Origin: Macrostomum hystrix
Taxonomy: Eukaryota > Animalia > Platyhelminthes
Length of the DNA: 64,000 bases
Reading direction: 5' to 3'
Assembly: GCA_950097015.1 (NCBI GenBank)
Contig: CATNEN010000034.1
Span: 806,001-870,000 of the forward strand
Part shown: positions 25,269 to 37,926 of the stretch, one piece after another
Position numbering within the stretch: position 1 is the first letter of the stretch
Layout of the letters: each line of letters begins with the position of its first letter
The notes under the pieces: generated by a model
Seen by the model: only the letters and a program-made list of their open reading frames with translations
Told to the model about the DNA's origin: nothing
The model's database searches: none
Program-made: the position numbers and the translations under genes

Positions 25269-28200
25269 TCAGCCGGGCATGTGGTAGGCCTCGAGCCAAA
25301 GCTCGCCGGACTTCTTCAACGACTGGATGATGCCAGCCAGGGCACTGGCTAGCGGCTTCTCCACGTAGGCGATTCCGTGCTTGGCGCAAAGGCGTTTCAC
25401 ATGCGGCTGCACCAGCGGGTAGGAGTGACGCGGCATTGTGGGGAACAGGCTGCAGGGCAGCGCGGAGAAGGGGTGGGGCGGTTAGCAACAACAGGGATCG
25501 GCCCTCACGGGCGTTATCTTTAAAATAAATTATTTTATACTACTCGTAGATTATGCGAGAACTCAAGCTCTGATGCAATTGACGTACAATTCGCACCAAT
25601 TTTAACCCGAAAGGCACAGTGAGAATGTACATTGCATTATTTCTATTTTTTGTTACAAAAATGAGTACTCACTGGTGTTCAATCTGATAGTTCAGGTGGC
25701 CTGTAAACCAATCGTTAAATAGGCCACCCTCGGCATTCATTGTAGCCTTCAGCTGCATCGGCAGCCACTCGCGCTTCTGGTCCCGATCGATGTCCATTGG
25801 GATGTGGCTCATCTGGGTGCAGGCCACGAACCAGTGCGACTCCAAGTAGCTGCGGAGGTTGGCACGGGTTGGTTCGGCGTCTGATTCAGATAGGAAATAA
25901 ACACTTCCTTCCCCAATATCACGATGGAATTCCCCAGTCCTTACGACTAAGGATTCCCTGCAATCTGACCATTGAATTCCCTGCACTCTGATGATGGAAT
26001 TCCCTGAACTCAGACCATTGAATTCCCTGCACTCTGACCGTGGGATTCCTTGCACTCTGACGATGGAATTCCCTACTCTCTGACCATGGAATTCCCTACA
26101 CTTTCTGTACTCTGACCGTGGTAATTCTCTGCACTTTTATCATGGAATTCCCTGTACTTTTATCATGAAATTCCCTACACTCTGTACTGACCGTGGAATT
26201 CCCTGTACTTTGATCCTGGGATTCCCTAGACTCTGACGATGTAATTTCCCTACTCTCTGACCATGGATTTCCCTACACTCTCTGTACTCTGACCATGGAT
26301 TTCCCTACACTCTCTGTACTCTGATCATGGATTTCCCTACACTCTCTGTACTCTGACCATGGATTTCCCTACACTCTATGTACTCTGACCATGGATTTCC
26401 CTACACTCTCTGTACTCTGACCATGGATTTCCCTACACTCTCTGTACTCTGACCATGGAATTCCCTGTACTTTGACCATGGAATTCCCTGTACTTTGATC
26501 ATGGAATTCCCTGCAGTCTGAACAGGAATTCCCTGTACTCTGACTATGAGATTCCGTGCACTCTGACCATGGAATGCCCTGTTGCCTAATCAAGGAGTCA
26601 CAATTTTCCCAAAGCCGCAATGCCAGCTAAACTCACCGAACAAACATATAAAATCCAAACGTAGCGAGCCAGGACGGAAAGAAGTGATTGAAAATGTAGA
26701 AAAACTTGAAGAAGAAGGACAGCGTCCAGACCAGATCGCGCCAGTCGCCGCGCTTCAAGATGAAGTAGATGTTCTCGTAGTGAAAGTAGAGCGGCAGCAG
26801 CATGGGTGGGCCCAGCAGCCAGAAGTAGTCGTGCTGCCAATTGTAGGGCATGAATCCGCGGCGCCGCTTGCCCCACTCGCGCGGCATTTTGTCGCCAAGC
26901 AGGAACAGGTAGGGCACGTTGATGTCCGGATCAGAGCCCATCACGTTCGGCTTCGAATGGTGGAGAAAGTGCCTGCCAGAAAAAAACACAATTAAGCCAT
27001 AAATATTCATTAAGTGCTACTGAAAGTACTAGTTCCACCTAAAGTAGTACTTAGCTATTAGTTATTAGCGCTTGGGTTTTTCAAACACCCTTATAAACGA
27101 ATTAGCACTGCACCTCTGTGCAGCCTTGCCAGGCCTTCAAAATTTATCAGCACGTCACCCGAATGTGCCTGCATCATCTCCGTCTTCGGTGATCACCTGC
27201 CGTTATCTAGACGGACTGCAGGGCCTTCAAGAGCTACAAAAGGTGGATCAAGGCCAATTTCACTGATCAAGCCTAAATATGATGCGCAGCTCAACCACAG
27301 GACACCCTCGCCTAGTCTGCCAACCAATCAGTCACCACCCAACGCTGCCAAAAAATTTCAGGCTGGGGGAAATCCCCTCGGTATTCCTATTAATAATAAA
27401 GAGAAAGAGATTGGTAATTACTTCATGAAATAAATTGAGCCTTCGCAGTAAGTTACAGTCTACGGCTCTAGATGAATCGAAAAGCGGCAGTGTCAAGCCC
27501 TTCAGGCCGAGAGTCAAAATACATGTACAATAACCAAGCGATAAGGAGGGGGGCTGAAGGATAAAAGGAGTGAAAACGGGCCAGAGGGTAAGAGCTAAAA
27601 ATGAGGGGGGTGAGGAAAGAGAGACGAACAGCTAGAGCTAGCCAATCAGAGACGATGGAGAGAATCAGTGCGAGTCTTACCCCTTCAGGAAACAGGTCCA
27701 TAAGCAGATAGCATAGCGGATTTTCAATACCTGAAATTCCACCAGTGCGAGCTGGCGCCCTTCATGTGTCCCACCACGAACTCGTGCCCAATGTGGTTGA
27801 GTTTGCGGCTGTTGAACACGCTCAGGTGGCCGTAGTCGTGCTGGGCCCAGCCGGCCTGGGCCTGGGCGGTGCAGAGCAGCAGCGCAGAGGCCAGCAGGGT
27901 CCACAGGTGCAGGCCGAACTGCCACAGCAGTAGGATGGCGACAAGCTCGAAGGCCCAGCACTGGGCCAGGTATTTGATGAAGAACTCCGGGCGAGCGCGG
28001 AACCAGCCGGAGTCCTCGGCCAGTTGGCGAAGGCGACGAAAATCGGCTTGAACTGGTGACTGATGGGCCAGGAAAAATATGTTTCATAATGTCTCATTCT
28101 GACTACTCGTTATAAATCGAACAGTAGAAAGCACTGAGTTTTTGCTGCCTTACCACATGTTTCTCATAGTCTTCAACAATGCCACATTGCAATGGTTTCA

Positions 28201-29230
28201 TATACTTCTCCACAAGATTTCTGTCATTGTGCAGTGCGACCCATGCGTCCTATAAAAGCAAAAAATGTAATAAACAGTCTATCTAATAATAGTAATAACC
28301 CTTTTGAGTTTTCGCACATAAAAATAAAAATGCACTTTTTTCATAGTTCTAAGCGTAAATATATATAGAGAGTTTCATTAATTCATAGAATTGGGCAATT
28401 ACTCACTCTCATACTTTATAGAAAACCATACATGCATACATTAATTAGGGCATGTAAAATCTTGGTAATTAATACTACACAAGTATTTCTGCATGTAATT
28501 AGCCACTTACTGTTAGTATTAGTATTGTTTACTTTCATAAAACCAAAATGTATTGCAGATCACATTGAAAATTTATTCAACTTCTTTATCCCTGATCTGA
28601 ACTGCAGTAATAAAAGCAAAAAAGCTAAACTTCATAAAAATTATAACACAAAGAAATAACATGATTTATTAGAATGAAATGTTTATAAACACAATATTTG
28701 TATTATTATTTAAATAATCATTTCAGTGCCTTTTCATAGTTAATCAGTTACAACCATTATATCAGTTTAGAAGAGAATATTACTGAGTTATCATAGGCCT
28801 AAAGTTCAAGAAAGATACCAATAGCTTAAGTGTTGTCCTTCAGATTACTTGCAGCAAAAATATCAGCAAAAATGTATTTTTAAAGATGATAAAAAAACTT
28901 CGATTAAACATACTGAACGTACGCATACAAAATAAATACATAAAATCATAGCTAAATCAGCAATAAAGAAGGTACATTTCATTTTCCAGTGGCAGAAAAG
29001 TGAAATTCTGAGACAAGTGAAGACACCAAAAAGGCTATACGTTAAATAAAATATAAATAAAAACGTACCGTTGCATCCTCTCCTGAATATGCACCCAACA
29101 GCTTAGCTCCACCAGGATGCTTGTGCATGAAGGAAGTAACATCGTAGACTTTCCCTTCGATCCCAATTAGCTTCTGCTTGCAATCGCGACGTTGGAATTC
29201 TTTTAGCGAATCCCAAGTATACGTTTTCAT
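25269..29230 (-). CDS. FADS: Front-end fatty acid desaturase (FADS1/FADS2-type, delta-5/delta-6), 426 aa; complement(join(25269..25449,25673..25849,26637..26972,27731..28059,28154..28249,29069..29230))
   Basis: N-terminal cytochrome b5 with HPGG ([14 protein letters not shown]|DAWVALH) and three His boxes HDYGH, HFLHH, QIEHH. C-terminus [13 protein letters not shown]. All five introns are GT-AG with matching phases and the total is 1281 nt. Confidence 0.95.
25925..26580. repeat. Degenerate 23/31-nt minisatellite (CTCTGACCATGGAATTCCCTGCA)
   Basis: Desaturase intron 4. Confidence 0.9.
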
Positions 29231-31559
29231 ATTAAATAATGTGGTTATATTTAGTCCACGTTATGTTTGAAACCGAATGATAAGCTAGGCAATAAAATGT
29301 AAAGTTTGTAAGTATTGTAAGAAATCTTCTGATCGCCTAAAATTAAGCACCTTTTATCAGCAATTAAAATAGTGCGCATCGTTGCCGCGTTAACCAAAAA
29401 GTTATATCAAATTAGTTTCACAAGCTGAAAATTAGGCTGACATTAAGAATTAGAAAGCAAGACAGAAACGGCTAATATAATTTTCTAATTTATTTTTCAG
29501 CTTGCGTGAGAATCGTTTTGTATCATATTTAAGAATCAAGATCGAGATAAGTCGTAGCGTATCAAAAGCAAGAATCACAAGAAAAAGTGTTTACTCTAGT
29601 GAATCCTTGATCAAAATATGTCTTTCAAACGAGCTATATATAAAATTTGAAATTAATGATCGATTGCATTCTAGAAACTTATTTTAAATAAATAGCTAAA
29701 TGTTAAAAGCTATTAATTCAGGTCAGCGAATTCTCTTGAGTATTTGGAACATGCACATGTGACAACGATGCCATATTCAATTCGACTCAGCGAGTCAATT
29801 GTAAGACAATGTGAAGAAAGCGAAAAATAAAAAAACTGCTTGTATATACTATTGCCCAGAACTGCATTTATGCAGTACATATCGATCCCAGTCTTTTTTA
29901 CAAATCAAAATCAAAATCTACATTTTTTTCCCAAAAAGCTGTTATACGACAGCTTTTAAAGGGTTAAACAAGTTATAAAAGCTGTTTAAAGGGTTTATAT
30001 GTTGTTTAGCTTTCAATAGAGCTAAAACATGAACATAATTACAGTAAATCACTGTTCATTCACTTTTAACTGAGTAAACTTAGTAGTATGCACGGTAAAT
30101 ACTTCGACTTGTTTTTTACGAAAAGCTTTTGATTTAAACCTCTGCATATATGTACATTATAATAACGTGTGAAGAATTACAGTATTAAAATGCCCAAGTA
30201 TCAAATCTTGATATCAAATGCATGCACAAGGTTGTATAATGAGGTTGAGCTGCTTAATTAGGTAATTTTATACGAACACCTGCATTAGCATGCATTTTAT
30301 TTTTAGCGCAATGTTGAGAATTCAGATAATAAAATTTATATAGTTACTTTAACTTCGCATGAACTGAACTGAAATCGACAGACATATTAAATTATTCGTT
30401 TATCCATGAAGAGAAGTTGGGCAGGGTGCTTTTTACAGTCTACTATCGTTGAAAAGTCTGCATGCTCTTGCCGAGTGCCTAACTCTTCTGCATTTTGTCC
30501 GCTTCTCAAAAAAGAAAAACCCCACCTTCGATCGGGCGAATAAGGACTAAGGGATGAAATCCTGAATGGTAGTCATGGCAACCAAAGGCAGCTGATACGA
30601 GAGTAAAGCAGGTGCAGTCTACTCGCGCCAGCATTTTTAGATGCTGGCTACATTTTTTTCAAAGCTATAAACTTTCTTTCCCCATTCAGATGCATCCAGG
30701 ACTCTAGGCTACAAACACTTCATCGCAAATAAAAGGCTTCAACAAATCTCTGTTGCAAGGAATTGCATATTTTCTAGTACTAGGTCTTCTATGTGACATT
30801 TGGACAGAAGAATTTGTTTTTTATTTTAGAAATCTTGGCGAAGGGTAACAATTGTTGGTCACAAGTTTTGAAAATTATTTGTTTAAAATCTGTATTTTGT
30901 AGTGTTGTGGCACAAATTTGAACTGAAATAATTTTACGAATGAAGAAGTAAAATTGAAGATCTGTTAGTGACCGCGGCGATAACAACAGCAACTGCAGCT
31001 GCAGCGGCTAAGACTGGAAATGAAACTGTGGACGTGCCATTTATGGAAATTAATAAACAATTATCACACCCGGGCTGTTAACTCAAAAGGCCGAGACTTT
31101 GCACAGTAAATTAATTCTGCTTTCCACCCGCAAACTGGCTTCCTCCGGATGTGAGTGAGTGGGATGCCAGTCGCGATCAATACTTACACCTGTGCGGTAT
31201 ATTAGAAAACTTATAACAATGGCAAGTCTGAGACAATGGTTATCAAACTGGAACAATGGGAACAGCAGGTGTCGCACGGGAGTTCAGATGAGGACACGAC
31301 TCCGGTCATGAGCACACATATAAGCACACATATATCGCGTCCCTTATTGATCAAAATAGGCAAATTCTGATTGCGCAAACGGATGAGCACACTGGGGGTG
31401 AGACAATGTGAAAATAGGCCACACCTACAACTCTGGGTGAGATTTTAAATTTATTACATCCTCCCAAACAGGGTGAAATCTTGAGCTCTGATCTTGTGTG
31501 TCCAAACGCATGAAATCTGAAATCTGTAAAACTCAGCGGTATCGCGTGAGATCAGACTT

Positions 31560-31915
31560 TTAGCATGCGCCAGGAGATTGAGATCTTGAGTCTTCCTCAC
31601 TGACATCCAGAGTGAGATTCTGAACGCATCGCGCATAGATCCAGAGTGAGATTTTGAGTAGATCCAGAGTGAGATTTTGAGTAGATCCAGAGTGAGATTT
31701 TGAGTAGATCCAGAGTGAGATTTTGAGTAGATCCAGAGTGAGATTTTGAGTAGATCCAGAGTGAGATTTTGAGTAGATCCAGAGTGAGATTTTGAGTAGA
31801 TCCAGAGTGAGATTTTGAGTAGATCCAAAGTGAGATTTTGAGTCTTGCCCACTCACTTACATCCAGAGTGAGATTTTGAGTCTTGCCCACTCACTTACAT
31901 CCAGAGTGAGATTTT
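31560..31915. repeat. 23-nt minisatellite (GTAGATCCAGAGTGAGATTTTGA)
   Basis: About 8 perfect units plus degenerate flanks. Confidence 0.9.
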
Positions 31916-32384
31916 CAATCTACTTTACTAAGAGCCAGGTTGCGGTTTCTGATAAACATCTGATACCTTCAAATAAGCAGATATTTTTTATCTAACCATT
32001 TAACAACCAGGGTTGGTAAAAAAATTTACTAAAACTGTTTAATAGAGGTTTAATAGAGATTTTTCATCTGACTTTAGAATTGTAAATGTGTATAGATCTT
32101 TTCTGGAATTGTAAAGTTGGTACAATTGAAATAAAAAGACCAACAAACAAAAGCTTCATCAGAATTTAATCGCATGAATTTGTTGCACTGAAGTCACGCA
32201 TTTCTAACGCCAGGCCGCTTATAGTGTGCGAGTCTCACAGCTGTGCGATGGACTAATTTCCACTTATATTTTAAACCAAAATTCATTGGATTCAAGGCTG
32301 TGAGTTCGGTTGCCTCAGAGTTCAATTTTAATCAGAGTCAGTCTATCAAAAAGCTTCGTAAAATTCTGGACGCTCAAACAGCGA

Positions 32385-32820
32385 CTACTCATCGTAGTTT
32401 GAGTCGTACAGGTCGTAGCTGAATTCTCCCAAGTCTGCCAGCCGACGGTTGGGCCTGCGATGCCGGTCGACACCGGGGGAGCGCTTCCCGAATCTGGGAT
32501 TCAAGATGAGATGCGAATGAAAACCGCTTTGCAATCCTATGATAGAAACATAAATAGTTGACAAAATATTGCACTCGATTTTTTCACCTCTGTCTGCCGA
32601 TGAGTTTTAGGTAGGCCTCCAGCTGTTTCATGTAGGTATCGAACTGTTCAACAGTTGTGAACCTGTCAGGTTTAGCCGGCGGCTGAATCTGGCGCTTCTC
32701 GGCGGCAACTTCAAAGGGCAGAGCGGAGGCAGCGGCCGCTACGAAGGCGACGGCGGCTAGCCAGATGAGCAGTCGAGAGTGGCTGACGGCTGAGTACTGC
32801 TGAGCTGCGCTGACTGGCAT
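32385..32820 (-). CDS. npf: Neuropeptide F/Y precursor A; complement(join(32385..32493,32588..32820)); mature 36-mer QIQPPAKPDRFTTVEQFDTYMKQLEAYLKLIGRQRF-amide
   Basis: Signal peptide, KR site, PP-fold pattern (P..P..F...E....Y...L..Y), and the family-typical phase-2 intron inside the last Arg codon (AG|A TTC GGG AAG CGC = R-F-G-K-R). Confidence 0.92.
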
Positions 32821-33382
32821 GGCTACTGAGAATTTCAATGCGAAACTTCTGTATAAGTTGCAAGATATCGGCACAATGTCACCATTTTTTGGCCCATACT
32901 TACCTATTATTGAAAACGTTTTGCTGCGATTAAACAATTCAGTTTATAAATCAATTCAGAAAGATGCTTTATACCTGTCTCTCTAAGTGTGTGTAATGTC
33001 AGTCTTTCTGTAGCTCCTTCTCTTTGCTCCACAGTCAATATAGCAAAGCGTTTGTGAGGCCGCAATGGTTCCGATTTTATAAGGTGGTTGGGAGGCGGCA
33101 ATAGGGGCGGCGACAAGGAAGGGAGATTTTTAGTGGATTGAGGATTCTGTAGGCGAACGGCCTCAGCGAATGGGGGGTGATCGATTTGTCAGGTTTCCGC
33201 CAAATTAAGCATCTCCAACTGCCGTTTATAGGGCCAGATAGGCCTTAATACGCGCGATTGGGCCCCGCGTTGCGTTGGAATCAGGAGCTGAAAATATCTC
33301 CCCCAGAAGTCTCAAAACAAACAGCCAACATCGATTGTTCGGCTAGTACCGTGCCTCGGCTGCGGTAGCCATAGATAGTTTT

Positions 33383-34165
33383 AGCTGTAGCCACTCAGCT
33401 AGAATCGAAGCAGGAGCTGTAGCCACTCAGCTAGAATCGAAGCAGGAGCTGTAGCCACTAAGCTGGAATCGAAGCAGGAGTTGAAGCCACTAAGCTACAA
33501 TCGAAGTAGGAGCTGTAGTCACTAAGCTAGAATCGAAGTAGGAGCTGTAGCCACTAAGCTAGAATCGAAGCAGGAGCTGTAGCCACTAAGCTAGAATCGA
33601 AGCAGGAGCTGTAGCCACTAAGCTAGAATCGAAGTAGGAGCTGTAGCCACTAAGCTACAATCGAAGTAGGAGCTGTAGCCACTAAGCTACAATCGAAGTA
33701 GGAGCTGTAGTCACTAAGCTACAATCGAAGTAGGAGCTGTAGCCACTCAGCTAGAATCGAAGCAGGAGCTGTAGCCACTAAGCTACAATCGAAGTAGGAG
33801 CTGTAGCCACTAAGCTAGAATCGAAGTAGGAGCTGTAGCCACTAAGCTAGAATCGAAGTAGGAGCTGTAGCCACTAAGCTAGAATCGAAGTAGGAGCTGT
33901 AGCCACTAAGCTAGAATCGAAGTAGGAGCTGTAGCCACTAAGCTAGAATCGAAGTAGGAGCTGTAGCCACTAAGCTACAATCGAAGTAGGAGCTGTAGCC
34001 ACTAAGCTACAATCGAAGTAGGAGCTGTAGCCACTAAGCTAGAATCGAAGTAGGAGCTGTAGCCACTAAGCTAGAATCGAAGTAGGAGCTGTAGTCACAA
34101 AGCTGGAATCGAAGCAAGAGCTGTAGCAGGAGCTGTAGCCACTAAGCTGGAATCGAAGCAGGAAT
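33383..34165. repeat. 32-nt minisatellite (GGAGCTGTAGCCACTAAGCTAGAATCGAAGTA) between the two NPF genes
   Basis: About 24 units. Confidence 0.95.
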
Positions 34166-34689
34166 TCTCTATATCATCCAATAAGAATTAAGAATTAAGA
34201 ATCAATTAAGAATCCAATAGCAAATTAGCCACTCAAATTACTGTGCAGTAGTCTGTTAAAACTGCTGTTTTCAAATCTGTTTCCTTCGCGTCTAAGACAA
34301 TTCATATTTGTATTTGTTTCTTGGACGTAATATTTACTACTAACACAGTCTCTGCCACTGAAAGTAGTATGCATTGGTCGTTGGACTATAATCTGTTAAT
34401 TTGCCGTAAGTTTTTTGACGCCTAGTCAAATATCTAGCCCGTTTTTTGTCAACAAAACGATAATTCTCAAACCAAAATTATTTTTCTTCTCAACGAAGTT
34501 TAAAGATATGTTGCCCAGATTAATGTGCAGCCGTGAGTAAACTCACTGGCAGTCTAGCTACAAAGTTCATTGCCAGATCGAGCCAGAGTTTTGTGCGTTT
34601 ATTTTTCAATTTGGATGGAATTTTAATTGCGATATTCCGTCACTGCCGCTGAAAGTAGTCTGCATTTATCTCGATTGACTATAATTTAT

Positions 34690-34808
34690 TCAGCTGTAAA
34701 TTGCATCATCCGCGTCGTCATCTTGCCACGCAGCTCCATTCAGCATCTGGGGGCCGCGCTTGCCGAAACTGCGGGAGATACACAAGTGACTTCATGAACT
34801 GACTGACT

Positions 34809-34851
<43 letters not shown>

Positions 34852-35196
34852 TGACTGACTGACTGACTGACTGACTGACTGACTGACTGACTGACTGACT
34901 GACTGACTGACTGACTGACTGACTGACTGACTGACTGACTGACTGACTGACTGACTGACTGACCGTTGCCTGGCCATCAGCTTGTGATAGACCTCCAGCT
35001 GCTGCAGGAAGTCCTTCAGCTCCTCGGCTGAGTTGAACTTCTGCGGCATGACCGGCTTGACGAGCTGCCGTTTGGCTCTTGCCGATGGCTCCGCGAAGGT
35101 CAGTTGAAAGGCGTCAGCTGGCGCCGGTGACACCGACAACATCACCATCAGCGCTAGCAGCATCAGCGGCATCAGCGCCAAAGGCAGTGTGGACAT
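34690..35196 (-). CDS. npf: Neuropeptide F/Y precursor B; complement(join(34690..34768,34964..35196)); mature 36-mer QLVKPVMPQKFNSAEELKDFLQQLEVYHKLMARQRF-amide
   Basis: Signal peptide, KR site, PP-fold pattern, phase-2 intron in the Arg codon (CG|T TTC GGC AAG CGC). An alternative upstream ATG at 35217 overlaps an acceptor-like TGCAG. Confidence 0.92.
34797..34963. repeat. (GACT)n microsatellite filling the NPF-B intron
   Basis: About 41 units, one substitution. Confidence 0.97.
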
Positions 35197-35374
35197 TGCT
35201 CTGACTGGGTACTGCATTCAAGACCGTTGCTCTACAGGGATTGGAGAAAATCGGGGATCCCTGATCACTTTGAAATCAGATTTCAGTTCCCGGATTTATA
35301 ATGTATTACACCTGCCCCAATTGGTCCAGATTAGCAGCCGACAGCACAGCCGCAGCTATTGCTGTACGGCAGTT

Positions 35375-35570
35375 CAGTCCATGGACTGGGGGGACGCCAC
35401 ACCCACCCTCAAATAACCCAGCTAATGGGGTACCCAAGCTGGGTGAACTGAACCAATGCAGAGTTAAGTGACTTGCTAAAGGAGACACACTGTTCAAGTG
35501 GAGTCGGGAATCGAACCCCCGACCTTTAAGTCGTGAGTCCGACGCTCTAAGCACCAGGCTACAACCGCCC
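35375..35570 (-). mobile_element. tRNA-derived CORE-like SINE, copy 2 (just upstream of NPF-B)
   Basis: The minus strand head has an A-box-like TAGCCTGGTGCTTAG and a B box GGTTCGATTCC. The central block resembles the MIR/CORE motif GAGxTTAAGTGACTTGC. It has a 3' palindrome and a second copy at 20654. Confidence 0.8.
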
Positions 35571-36471
35571 GCATCCGGGATCCAGAACCAAAAATCCTTA
35601 CCCCTCATTCAACCATTTTACCTGATCCTATAATTTCATCCTTGCATGCTAAACCATCATATTTTAGTTCGATATCACTTCTCATACGACTAAGCCTGTC
35701 ACTACAAGCACGACATGTGGAATGCACTGTCAGGCCTGATAGTAAATGCTTGATTAGAATCACGGTTTCGCCTTCTCCCAGTGGAATTCAATTCCATCTG
35801 TCCGGAATTTAGATGAGCTCTTGGAGAAAAACTCAATGTTGAAAATTACTTTTAAAATTCTGCGTCAGATAACTTGTTCTCACCGGTTCCTTTTAGAAGA
35901 TCAAGTGTGCTCTCCTGAGTCGAACTCTCGCTGTCTGTCTCAGCCGAAGGGGGCTGCTTTGGAAAAATGTTAAAGCAAAAAATTATTTGCGATCGCATCC
36001 AGATGGCTTTAAATAGGCAGCAGAGGTCTGGGCTGCGTTAGCCAATCACGGGCTGGCACATCGTAGAGGATTTCGCCGATTTGGTAGGTCGCTAATCCCC
36101 AGGATTAGGAACAGGGCTAATACTGTTAAGGAAAGTGAGACATTTATGCTCAGAAAATTGGGGGCTTCACACACTATGTGAGTCAACTGTCACTAAATTA
36201 TGTGCCAGGGTCCACAGTCCTCCAGAAATTATTACTAATGCAAATTTTATAGGATCCCCCGAAAGTTCAAGAAGTGATTCAAGAGGACCTGCTTGAAATC
36301 TGGCATTACACTACAAAGCATAAAGCTTCTAAAAAAGTTTGAAGCTGCGAATAAATATTATCCTATTGTTGTCAATCCATAATTTATTAATGCCACTCAT
36401 ATGAGATGAATAATTAGCTAAAAGCGATTAGGTTTAAATAGTCATTCTTCTAATTCCAAGGTGGGCAGTTA

Positions 36472-37448
<977 letters not shown>

Positions 37449-37687
37449 TTTGTGTGTTCGCTGCAAAATTTTATCGTTTGCTACCCACCCATTCCTGGTT
37501 AATGGTTAGCGATGCTTCATTCATTTTTTAATTTGACTCTAAGACCTTTAAGTCTCTGGCACCTTTTTAGTTGGCTGCATGTACACTTGTTCATCGTACC
37601 TGCTCAGCCTATCCACTCTCAATACCATTTATTTGTCGCTATAAAAGTCTCGCTCAAAATTCGCTCTCTTCGCTCTTCAAATAAACG

Positions 37688-37726
37688 GACCCTGATAAAG
37701 GCCCAGAATGGGCCGAAATATTGGTC
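37688..37726 (+). ncRNA. Minimal type I hammerhead ribozyme motif (Penelope-like element LTR type), possibly degenerate
   Basis: GACC-CUGAUAA-A-GGCCC-AGAAU-GGGCC-GAA-AUAU-U-GGUC. Stem I GACC/GGUC, 5-bp stem II, palindromic AUAU stem III. There is a C3/A8 core mismatch. Confidence 0.6.
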
Positions 37727-37787
37727 GACAGATTTAACTTGCAATTAAGAGAGATTCCTACTCTGTGTGCGTGGTTTCTTTACATTC

Positions 37788-37788
37788 G

Positions 37789-37852
<64 letters not shown>

Positions 37853-37871
37853 AGAGTATTTCTATCTATCC

Positions 37872-37926
<55 letters not shown>
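37788..37926. repeat. Interrupted (ATCT)n microsatellite
   Basis: Direct reading. Confidence 0.95.
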
